64,000 bases of DNA from Balanoglossus misakiensis (Eukaryota; Animalia; Hemichordata). The notes under the pieces were generated by a model. It saw only the letters and a list, made by a program, of their open reading frames with translations, was not told where the DNA came from and did not search any database. Position numbers and translations under genes: made by a program. Of this stretch, positions 41,891 through 52,787 are shown piece after piece. The stretch covers positions 5,630,301 through 5,694,300 of the forward strand of contig CM082577.2 of assembly GCA_040954595.2 (NCBI GenBank). Direction: 5' to 3'. Position 1 is the first letter of the stretch; every line of letters starts with the position of its first letter.

Positions 41891-44800
41891 ATGCGTCTCT
41901 TCATCCTCTCCGTTCTCGTAGCAGTGGCTGCATCGCAGTACACAGGACCACTCCCGTGGGGTCTGGATCGTATTGACCAGCAGAAGTTGCCTCTTAATAA
42001 CGAATACAACCCATACGGTAAGCCATGTCCCCATTCCCGATTCTTTGACCGCTACCTTCGACAGAGAAAGAACAGTTCAACCACAGACTTGTAGGTCTGT
42101 CCAGTTACAAAGCGCGAGTTTCCGACGCCATGGCCTCCGTCGGATATCTACATTATACTTAGCTTCAAGTCACCAAGTCCAGATCAACCTCTATTAGATT
42201 AGTTTCATTTTTAATGAAACTAATCTAATATTATCTTGCGCAAAATTGTGAGAAAGGGTTTTAGACTTGGTTTTTTTAGACTTCGTCAAGGCGCGCACCT
42301 TTTCTATCAGCACCGTGGAAGAAGTTGTATTCTGAATAACGTCAAAACTTTTAGAACCTCGGCACAGTCGGAGAGAAAATATTGAAATGGGATAAGTATA
42401 TTTTCACACGACAGATTTGAGATCGGTAATCTGGGATTTTTTTTTTCCATTTTTTTCCTTTGGAACCCTATAAAGCCCAATCTTTCTGAAAAGATGAGGG
42501 TCTCTGTCCTTCTCCATGTCCGCTATTCTGTCATACATAGTACTGAATTTTGAAAATATGAAAAATCATGGCAAAAAAAAATCAGAATAGAGAGTGTGAG
42601 AGGCCTGTGGTCGTTGTCTTGGAGCAGTGAACCGGAAAACCAACATTATCCTTCGCAGGTGCCACCAATGGAGATCAGTCCATCGTTTACTGCATGGCAA
42701 CCGGAATTGAAAGGACCCACGAGAACTTCGGACCAGCTTTCAACAGAGTCGAATTGATTTACGACTTCGAGGGATCAGATGTACGTGAGCTGTATTAATT
42801 TATTAGTTCCCCGATCCTTTTACATGTAAACTGATATACCCAAATTCACCACATGTCGCAGAACAGGTGACGGTCACGGATTGCGTGTTTCTGATAGCCC
42901 AGCACCCACAATTTCGTTTTGTTTTGTTTTGGTAGCGCTAGTTTCAGCCACAAAATGATCCTGAAACAAAGATACAGAAACGCTGTTCCGATAAATATGC
43001 TTGTCAAAAGAAGTGTCGGTTGGCCGGGAAAACATTTTTGTAGCCTTGGCTAGCATGAATTCTTTAACCCTTTTCGCCTTTCACAGGGTACTGACACAAA
43101 TGGTGCTGGTACCGCTTTCGCTGGTATCATAGGTGGCCTGTACACAGGTGTTGCTCAACAAGCTACTCTTGGCATCGTCAGGATTAACTCAGTTCCCGAC
43201 CCCTTGGTTCTGGACTCCACCAAAGTCATCGAAGGTAAGCGACTCACAATTTTGTACAATATGCCATATCATACACGCACTTGACCCTGGGTATGGCAAA
43301 TTGGCCCCATCAGTGGTCTGTGGAACTGTTGCCGAACGGTGGCATTGGCAAACAAGTACACGTACCTCTGTTCTCAATCATTGCGTGTCACCCTTGTCCT
43401 AGACTCCCTCACAGCCCAAGGTTCGCTACAAGGCTCTTCACTGATGCGCCCTCAACTGTTTAGCAAAGGAGAAGCCCCATATGGTGTTGTGCCTCTCGCC
43501 GGGCACACATGCAATCAGTCCATCATCCTGCATGGACGACGAGAGGGGCTGTGAGAGAGTCTACCCTTGTCCGTGCCAGGCCAGTAATTTATCAACTTAT
43601 CCGAAAACAATGTTCATTTTAGAGAAATGAAATTCGGAGGTTTGACAGAGAAAGAAAGAAACGACATTCGAGGCACTTGCTTACAAAACGCTCCCGCGCG
43701 CCGCGTATTTGTGTTTCGCCTGAAGGTATGACCGCCATCCTTGATCACTACAAGAGCTTGAAAGCCGTCAACCCGACCGGCCATCTTCGCGGAATTGCCG
43801 TTGGCGCTCCATCTGTCCCAGAAACCGCCACCAACCTGGCTCAGATCGAAGAGTTGATGAGAGACATGGTCAGAGAGGGCATCACTGTCATCGGACCTGT
43901 TGGAGACGACGTGAACGCTGGAGCAGCTGACTGCGAGACACTGTCGCCAGCAAGACTCCATTACGAACCCGGTGTAAGTACATTGTATATTGTAACACAC
44001 CATGCAGCGAACCCTCGATTGTGATTCGTCAATATGCCGTCACGTGACCTTAGTCATTTCGAACTGTTCCCTAGGGCATCATTTCGATCAGTTTCTGCCC
44101 GGTACTGTTGCCCCGTCTTGATATAATTCCATGTTTGGTGTGTTACAAAACACATGGTGACTGACATATTCGGGCAACAGTGTATTTTTGACGACCTCGG
44201 GACTGCCAGTCACACCAAAACAGTCTGTTTTCCCTCGGGCTATGCCCTCGGGAAAACAAGACTGTTTTAGTTGTGACTAGCAGCGCCCACGGACATCAAA
44301 ATACACTGTTGCCCTCATTGTCAGTCATTATGTGTATACTGTCAGCAACCTCGAACAAAACAACGTGTCTCAGTCCAAGCAAACGCGTTTTGCGAGATCT
44401 CGCGAGACTTGGGTAATTAATTACCGCAACAACCGGTTGCCAGCCAAGTAATACAAGTCGAGCTTTGTATGTGAAACTAGAATAGGACGATTATGGTGTT
44501 TTAGTTTGAAGTCTGCAGCAGCTTACTGAATATGATCTAGGACCAAACGTTTCATTCAGTACAGGTATGATTGTACTGCACAGTACTGTGATTGTCTTCA
44601 TTTGTTTCCTTTGATAGATGATCATTGCCGGTGGTTTGACAGACAACGACTACCGTCATCCCAATTCCGTCGTTGGTGGCGCCGTCCACTGTGCACATAT
44701 CTATGCTCCCGACCACGAAATCGTATCCTCTGTCACCGCCAACTCTTACCAAATAATCCCAACAGAAACCGCGTTTGCTGCTGCCCACATTGGAGGTAAC

Positions 44801-45579
44801 CAGTGTGTTTTTACTTCTAATGCATTCCCATTGTCGTGATCACAAACCCTCTTTTTGCGGCATCTACTTCATCTACTTTATTGAGAAGATACGGCAAAAT
44901 ACATGTACACATGATGAGCAATGGTAGACCAGAGGGGCTTCAAGCCATACTAAGCATGTCCTATACGCAATTTCTTGATTATTTTTAATTGATCGCAGGT
45001 GCTGCAGCTAGGCTGAGAACAACATGCCCTAATCTGACAGAGAAGCAGGTCAAGGATTTCTTGATTGCCGGATCCAGAGTGCACGGTAACCCTGCCTTGG
45101 ACTTGGACGGTACACCCATCCCCGACAGATACATTCTCCGCGTCCCGTAAGTAGTGCTGTACAAATAGAAATCTTGTCAAGGTCCAGAGTGTGTAAGAAA
45201 TGGGTATTATAGGTCTCTGTCACCTGCGAATCCGATCATAGACTGCTGTCGAGTGTGTGCTGTAGAAATCCCCTCAGTAAACATGGATAAGTGGGGTGCC
45301 TCCCCCACTATCACCCAACTCCAAAACAGGGTGACCTCTCCCATCAATCCACCACCCCGGGCCGAAGAAACTGACCACTCCCTAAGGTGATGTGAATTGC
45401 CCTTGTATAGTATGTGACTGTTTCAGATTGTATATAACTACAGAAGGATTCGAACCAGCATCATCTGGTGCTTTCAAAGGGGTTTATTCATACGGATTTA
45501 ATATTCACACAACGATTTTCCTCTGTTCTTTTTCAGATACGCCACTGACCCTGCTGGTGACTGTATCCTTCCCGCATAA
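41891..45579 (+). CDS. Secreted subtilase (peptidase S8, proteinase K/aqualysin-like) homolog, catalytically inactive and lacking a propeptide; 7 exons, 337 aa
   Basis: Exons 41891-42017, 42659-42780, 43087-43234, 43726-43973, 44618-44795, 44999-45146 and 45537-45579 have GT-AG introns in consistent phase (1,0,1,0,1,2) and total 1014 nt. The protein has signal peptide MRLFILSVLVAVAAS, then PWGLDRIDQ..LPL, VYCMATGI..TH..FG, DTNGAGT..AG.IGG..TGVA..A.L..VR, GITVIGPVGD, DC..SPAR, C..IYAP..I.S, ETAFAAAHIGGAAA and P.LT..QV. These are colinear with the mature aqualysin/proteinase K domain. AATAAA at 45647-45652. Confidence 0.92.
42192..42230. repeat. Perfect 18-bp-arm palindrome in intron 1 of the subtilase gene
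   Basis: TATTAGATTAGTTTCATT-TTT-AATGAAACTAATCTAATA. Confidence 0.92.
44150..44335. mobile_element. Fold-back MITE-like element (about 186 bp imperfect palindrome) in intron 4 of the subtilase gene
   Basis: Arms ACACATGGTGACTGACA..GGGCAACAGTGTATTTT..AGTCACA..AAAACAGTCT and AGACTGTTTT..TGTGACT..AAAATACACTGTTGCCC..TGTCAGTCATTATGTGT surround a CCCTCGGG-ctatg-CCCTCGGG centre. Confidence 0.8.
45180..45500 (-). mobile_element. Possible tRNA-derived SINE in intron 6 of the subtilase gene
   Basis: Minus strand has GCTGGTTCGAATCC (strong B-box/T-loop) near 45446-45459. Extent is estimated. Confidence 0.35.
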
Positions 45580-47900
45580 TAAGCAACATTGATTTTTCGG
45601 TTATGGCCATCCCAATGTAACAAAAAAATCTCCTCACTATTGCCACAATAAAAGTTAAAACAACACGTTGAATGAAATCAATTAAAATGTTTGTGTCAGT
45701 GGTTATTTTGTGTTTGTGTATGATGTCTGTGATTGAAGATAATGAGAGGGGTGCAAGATTGGGGAAATGCAGGCGTCGTCGCCTGGAGGGAAATGGTTTT
45801 TGAAGGCGCGTAAGTCGATACTGAAGATAGAACAAGCCGCCGCGTCGTTTGCTGCCACTGGCAAGATTCCAAACGGTGTATTTTAGTAGAAAGTAATAAG
45901 ATTTAAAACATGAAAAAAAATTACTGCACGTGTATAGTACAGTACTCTGTCGAGACTTGTAAACACTTCATCTGCATGTAATTACATGTATCCCAGAATA
46001 GATCCATTTGCTACAGAGCTCATGAAGCGTCTGCTTTTTGACAACAAGGCCAAAAATGTTCATTTCCTGTATGCCCCTCAGGCAAAAAAAAATCGCCTCT
46101 TCGGATTCGAAGGCATGCGCACTGGCCATGTATACCTGTCGTGACAAACTTCAACACGAGATGCGCATTTATAACGCTACTAGTACTAGTATATCATTGT
46201 ATTTTAATACGCGAAATTTCTCCTGTGTATTAAAAGTTCCCTATCTATACCAGACATTTTTATTTCCCAACATAAACGTCATCGGTCCTGATAAATTGAT
46301 ACTAAGCCATGAATGTTGTCTGTACATCAAACCTGATACATTTTTGTACATGTATATGAATAATTCCTAAACAGGGGTGTAACCAGGGTTTTTGGATGTT
46401 CCTAGGCTAGTTGCCACACATGCAAGCTGTATACATTTTCTCAGGGTTTTGCCGTCTTTCTTGGGGAGTTCCAGTGCAACAATTTCACATCTCACGCCGA
46501 CGTGGACAGGTGACATGTATACTTCAAAGGATCGTCAAGGGGGTGGAGTGGTGGCGTTGATCATCCTTTCTTGTGTGTTCACCTCGCCATCTGTAAGATT
46601 CAGACACAGGCCGTTGGACAAGTTTGTGTGTTGAATCTACTGTTGTGTGACTTCAGGTGTTAAAAGCTAGTAGTTTTTGTTTTTTTTCTCTGTGAGTGTG
46701 AGCATTTTTTTAACACAGAGTTGGACGAACTGTCTGTCACATTGTTGGTCATAATTTGTGATTTTTTCCTGTTCTTGCCAATGGCGCAACATATAATAAA
46801 ATCTTCACATAAGGATAAACTGACGAATTTTATTGATTAAAACTATGCTATGAGTGGCAGCTATTGGAGCTTTATAATGCAAACCAAAACTGAAAACTTT
46901 TGAGCAGAATGCCGTTTCTATAGGAACTCAACAATTCACACACAAATGTGAGAACAGTAACCTTACGCTGGCCACATGAGATATGTCAAGTGTTGGGATA
47001 ACATTTATATTTATCTTATACGTCATACAAATGATACGCGCCATTGTTGTCACATGTCGCTAAAATTCACAATGTGAACCATCGAAACCGAAAATGATTA
47101 CAGTCGTTCTCTGCCGTTCTCTCCTCTGCCTGCCAAGAATCTGTCTCTGATTAGAGTCTGAGTCTGTCTGTTTGTCTGTCTGTCTTTCTCCCCTCCTCCA
47201 TCCCTCACACACCGCAACAAAATACTTTACACTGTCGACAGCCGGTTGTGCCGTGTGTCGGCCGCGGTATATAACCGTGCGAAGTTATTTTCGTATACCT
47301 AATAAGGCGCCCGCCAATTCTGCTTTGAAACACCGACTTCACGTAGAACTCGCCTTAGCTGCAGAACTTAACGCAGCTCCAAGTTTTGCCTTGAATTGTG
47401 TTAGGACAGATAAAACCTGTTTTGTCGCCCACACACAACACAAGGAAAACTCTGCAGCTCAGTGCTGGCGTTGCGACGCTAAATTATGCAAATAAGTCGT
47501 CACCGACTGCTGACGGTCTACAAGAAATGCTTTTCATTTCTCTTCACACAAGTCATACCAGTACGCGATTTGGGCCGTGTTATTCTCTGATATAACGTCC
47601 TTCATGATTGGTTGGTTTAAAGAAAGTAACGTGGAAAATCCGCTCTGTGATTCAGATACTATTTGTGTTTTGTCGTCACGGTCAGATAGCCAGAAATAGA
47701 ACCATGCTAATAAATTATTCGCCTCTAGACATGCCCAGTGCATGTAGAATCGTGGTGACCCGCGCCCTACATTTAATCGAAACAGCGTAAAGTGGTAAAC
47801 AACAAGCCTTTTTCCAGCAACTGATTCATACGTATGTCGCGCGCCCAGCATCACAGAACGCGAGATTGGAAAATGATCAGCATAGTATTGTGCCGCGCAG

Positions 47901-47960
47901 CCAATCATTGCCCAGCATGAGAGTGCGTCGCCCCGGACAGTCCAAGTGTTTTAATATAAA
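47901..47960 (+). promoter_or_regulatory. Core promoter of small membrane-protein gene A (CCAAT plus TATA)
   Basis: CCAAT at 47901 and TATAAA at 47955-47960, about 120 nt before the ATG. The same arrangement occurs in paralog B. Confidence 0.6.
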
Positions 47961-48076
47961 TAACTCCTGCCAATCCTTGGTGAGCGCATTCTTATATTGT
48001 CAAGCTTTCGACACTTTCGATTTGCATTTCGCAGCCATAACTGCAGATTCGCCACCCAACTTGATCCATAACAGCG

Positions 48077-49668
48077 ATGAAATCATACGAGATCGCCTAC
48101 TTTTCCAGAAATGTCATTCTAGCTATCATTGTGGTCGTCGCGGAAACGGCATTGGCGTTTGCAAATGACGGTGGAAGTGCTCATCCTCTAGGTAAGCAAA
48201 CTTCACTGGACACCCCAAAACGCACCGATTTTTTCATTGACCGATCTGAATCATTGGTGCGTGGTGAATATGGTCTCACAGAAAAAATCTCAAATTAATC
48301 TCATTTTTATTTATATATATTTTTTTATATCGATGACTGATTCACGCCAAAGCAAAGGGGAAATAACACATTTTGACACATTAGCTGGCATCTATCCAGT
48401 TTAAAGGGGCAATGTCGACCTTTGACCTTATTTCGGTTGCTTCTATGGCACCTGACTGAAACATGCTCATTATGACAGTGTTACATGCCAAACTCGCACC
48501 CTGTACATGGACGTAACACTTGGCCACTTTCACCTTTTAATTTCTGATCGGTAAAAAAAGTGTGTCGCAGTATATTATTCACAATGTATGTTTTGTCCAT
48601 ATACATTGTATAGAGTTGCGTTGTGGCAACTCGTGATTTGAGCACAATTTACCGAGAAGAATGACATCATAAATCCCACTGTCAACAGAACTGAAATAAT
48701 CATCATAATGTCAAAAGTGAACGACCTTTCCCCTTTAAGGAGTCGATATCCGAACTGCGACTGCGACAGAATGCAGCTGCAGATTTGGAAATACCCATTG
48801 TTCGCGTCAAAACTGTCAGGGTATTGTTATTGGAAAGTACCGCAAATTCCGCAGTATGCCAAGATCGTTGGCGCACGCGCAGGAGCTGCAGCTGTCAGTC
48901 CCTGTTTTACCGCACCAATATCGAGGTTCCGCCGCCCCTGTTTATAGGCCGTGATTGTTAAGTGATTATCTGGAATCAAACGCGCATTTTACAGAATGCA
49001 CGATAAACAGGGGCATCTTATCCTCACAATAACAACGATCACGTATTTTCGTTCTCCTCTTAGCGTTTCCAAACCAAACAGAGACCAGCCAGATTATCGA
49101 AACGAAAGGTATGCAAATCTTCTATATCAGGATGTACTTTTTTAAATATTCAACGTTCGGGATCAGCTGAAATGTTTTGACAAGATTCCCATTTTCAAGT
49201 ATATGCTGTCACGCACTGACTATTGTCTTGTGGGTGTTCAAATACATCAATGACTGAGTAAGTTGTTAAATATGTTCAAATGAAACAGAAAGTTTCACCA
49301 GGTGATGGGAGCCGGCATAGGACATGTGCATTGTGCCGTTCCCAAGCTTACGTCACACTATTGTGAACACGGCATAAATGAATAAATATTCTGCACTATT
49401 TTCCATCGTTTCTTGCACACACGATTGTTACTCCAGAACTTCCACCGTATAACTCTTCCCTCCTCCAATTTCAGACCCAGTCGTCTTTTCCTGGGAACTA
49501 GCATTGCTTTTGGTTCTTGGCGCCGTGGCAGTTTTGGTCTGCCAGATGCTGATCGTCATTTTCTGCGTCCGCTGCGAGAAGCCGAAGCACATCCAACTGG
49601 CGGAAGGATCGGTGGTCGGCGACGTAGAGAAAGTGAAAATGGGTGACGCGCCCCCAGCTGCAGTGTAA
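48077..49668 (+). CDS. Small type I single-pass membrane protein A (117 aa), uncharacterised; exons 48077-48191, 49064-49108, 49475-49668
   Basis: Phase-1 GT-AG introns give MKSYEIAYFSRNVILAIIVVVAETALAFANDGGSAHPL-A-FPNQTETSQIIETK-D-PVVFSWELALLLVLGAVAVLVCQMLIVIFCVRCEKPKHIQLAEGSVVGDVEKVKMGDAPPAAV*. It has a signal peptide, an NQT sequon, a TM helix and a short tail. The model is supported by exon-for-exon similarity to paralog B. Confidence 0.85.
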
Positions 49669-51696
49669 GCATTTGCGAATGTTTCCATCGCCTTCGTCCG
49701 CCACATGAGACAAACAACAACAACAACAACAAACACATCCAACTGAATTCGAAGGTAAAGGAAGCGTGGGTGTGAATCTCGTGAAACTGAAATTGGCGAT
49801 ATTGTGATGTACCCGATGATGACGGTATAAAACACTTTCAGCCCGGGCGTCAGTCAGTTTGTAGTGGTCCTCAGTAATGACAGTATGCAACTGATTTTTT
49901 ATCTTCATTCTATGGTGACCTTCAATCTTTAAGCCCTTTCATTTTCATTTCCATACTAGAAGTACGCACACTGTTCACTCTATTTCTCAGAACACTTACC
50001 GTACCGTCGCCGGCCATTCGGGCGTCTTCGACCGCCTTCGTACGCCTGGGACACAGAGAATGGACTTTCGTCGACGGTACAAAAACTGCTATCTGAAATA
50101 GTAACAAGAACACGACTCAGCAGTTATAATAACCGAGTCTTTTGGCCGTTGTTTCGCGTATATTCAGAACAGGATGACTTCATATTCACCTTGGCTGTGA
50201 AAAAAAATGAAGTTAGGTCCCCTAAGGCTCCAGCGACTACTTATGGACTAGGATTAATGTACACAGATTATTATTGACAAACATATTTTATTGCCTTCAC
50301 AAAATAATATTTACATTATTATATATTCAATACATTTTAATAGGGTATGGGTATAGGAGAAGGACTGTGTATACTACTCGAGTCGCTATACTGGCGGAAA
50401 TGTGTGTAATGTCGTACGGTGCATGCTATCGGTTTACTTTATACTAGTACCCGTACAGAATTCGTCATATCAATCGAAGCCTGTTTCATCGAGATGACCT
50501 GAGCCGAACTGAGTACGTGGGCGAACATTTCATATTATAATAATTTTGCGCGAGACAAATACATTGCAGATTCCGTGCAAAAAAATCGCACTAAGAACGT
50601 GGACGAACATATTTAATCATGAACTGAAAATCCATACAAATCAAGCTGACACGTCATTTTGGATAACTGCTTTCCACGTTCAGCGTTTCTAGCCTCTTCG
50701 TGCAGTGTGGTTAGTCGGTAAAGCCTCGTGTGCGCCGGGGAAATTTGACAATCTGTCCCGAAAGCTTTGACCAGCCACTCAAAAAGGCTTTTCCGTGTAC
50801 ATGTACACTGAAAGTACTGTAACATTGCGCGACTTAGGGTCCGTATAATCACTTGACTTGCGTGACTCATCATGGCATGTGTGGCCTGTGGTGGCAGGAT
50901 TTAAGATAACAATGACGACATGATTGACATGATTTCTCGCTCTATTTACAGTGCAATGAGTGGAAGGGAAAGTCAACCCTGGGTAAAATATTGAGTGTAA
51001 ATACCAGGGATCGGCAACCCGTTGACATGAATGTGTGTTCATTATGACACAGAGAATGTCTGTGATCGTGAATATAACATAATTTTCATGTGCGTTCATA
51101 TCACATATCTTACTCAGTGTTAGTAGTACTATTTCCCGTCTGAATTTTCATATACATACAATGTATATTTGTTAGGTCATTCTTTTTTATGTATGGTAAA
51201 GTGTATAACCTCGATTATATAAGTAAGACTATATAAGACTTCAATAAACTCTATTATATATATGTGACATCATCAGTATATGTGTATGATTTGATCATGC
51301 GCACTTGTACATACAATGGATCCAGGGTTTGTTGTTCCGCTCAGTTGAGTACAAGTACTAGTTTACCAATACGTCTCACTTTCGCAAACACCACTCGTTT
51401 TTCGAAGTCTTGTTTGTCATGGTTTGGACATTAACTAGCATGCTGTGTATGCATGATGTCATTTCCACGATTATTGTTTAACAAAGCAGGGAGGGAAACA
51501 GACTTGGTGATCCCCACTTTCCATAAATATTATCCAATGAACGTAAACGAGATAATCCGACAGTCTCATGATCACCGAACGCCTTGATCGTAAAAACCAC
51601 ACGGAGAGTGGCTGTGACCTAGATTTAATCATGAAGGCAACGTGTGGCAGAAGCATAGTTAATTAATTATGTGACGGTGTTTTCCCGACACTTTGC

Positions 51697-51770
51697 CCAA
51701 TCGTCTCTCTAGTTGTCGACCGAGGCGAATATTAATGGATTATTTAAACACCGTACACATAGTATATAAA
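51697..51770 (+). promoter_or_regulatory. Core promoter of small membrane-protein gene B (CCAAT plus TATA)
   Basis: CCAAT near 51697 and TATATAAA at 51763-51770, about 100 nt before the ATG. The 5'UTR is similar to that of gene A (CAAGCTT..GACAC, ATAA.T.CAGATTC). Confidence 0.6.
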
Positions 51771-51865
51771 CAGGTTCACCGGTTGGTAAACGCATTTAGA
51801 CATCCCCAAGCTTCTGACACAGGTGCTGCTACGATAATTACAGATTCATCATAAAGTCAATAACG

Positions 51866-52787
51866 ATGGCCCTATGCGAGATACCTTTCGCCAGCTGGTT
51901 TTCAAGAACCATCATTCTATCCCTCTTTGTCATATTGGAAACGACACTGGCGCTGGCAAAATCTTATGATGGAGACGCACAGTTTCCAGGTAAGAAAGTT
52001 TTACACGCAACAGCGAGAGGGTGCGGGCGGATTAATCATCTCGGGGTCTGTTTTTTTTGCGTCAAAATAGAGTTTAGCAGAACGCATTTTTGACAATTCT
52101 GTTGCGGAGATCCTAAGTCTTTTGCGAATTGCAACTGCGTCACAACACAGATGGGGAAAGACCCGTGCTGTTTGCGTCACACACCGAAGATCGGGGAATA
52201 CCCCCATACAATATGTTACCATGGTGCCGGGAAGTACACCTGTGCGCACGCGCATTCAGGATTCACTATATTATAGCCTCGCGACGTAATTTAGGATAGT
52301 CTCGTGCAAATAAAAAATGTCAACATACTTAACGGACGCCAAAAAGAATGTATTATGCTTAAAATACCACTTTTTCTTCTTCTTCCTCCATCTCTTCCAG
52401 AATCGAGAGCATACAACCAAACCGAACCTGGTCAGACTGCCGAAGCGAAAGGTACAGTATTAGTTAAATGTACAGCTCTTGTTATTTTCGTTATTTCGAA
52501 TCGATTAATATCCCTCAAACGTTTGTTCATTGCATGCTTCAGACAATTTAGAGTGAAACTCTTCTCATCTTCAATTTTCAGGCTTCGACATCTTTCCGTG
52601 GAGATTCGCTATACTGTTGATATTTGGTGCTGGAGCGGTTTTGATATGCATGCTCCTGGTCTTTGCCTGCTGTGTCCGCCGCGAGAAGCCAAAGCACATC
52701 CAGCTGGATTCGTTGGCGAAAGAAACGGTGCTCATCAGCGACGTAGAGAAAGTGAAAGTTGGTGAGGCGCCCCCAACGACAGTATAA
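51866..52787 (+). CDS. Small type I single-pass membrane protein B (126 aa), paralog of A; exons 51866-51989, 52401-52451, 52582-52787
   Basis: Phase-1 GT-AG introns give MALCEIPFASWFSRTIILSLFVILETTLALAKSYDGDAQFP-E-SRAYNQTEPGQTAEAK-G-FDIFPWRFAILLIFGAGAVLICMLLVFACCVRREKPKHIQLDSLAKETVLISDVEKVKVGEAPPTTV*. It shares NQTE, EKPKHIQL and DVEKVK.G.APP with A. Confidence 0.85.

Noticed and set aside
45440-45470. tRNA gene suggested by GGTTCGAATCC on the minus strand
   Set aside because: No cloverleaf or acceptor stem could be built; treated as a possible SINE head.
41891-45579. Interpreting the subtilase gene as a decayed pseudogene or as bacterial contamination
   Set aside because: The ORF is intact across six canonical spliceosomal introns, with a signal peptide, a conserved disulfide pair and a poly(A) signal. 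Only active-site residues and the prodomain are lost.
49413-49646. ORF-track peptides 49413-49646 and 52304-52765 (shared REA.AHP.G...RRRESE), plus their antisense ORFs
   Set aside because: Off-frame reads of exon 3 of genes A and B. The splice phase selects the frame that encodes the TM helix.
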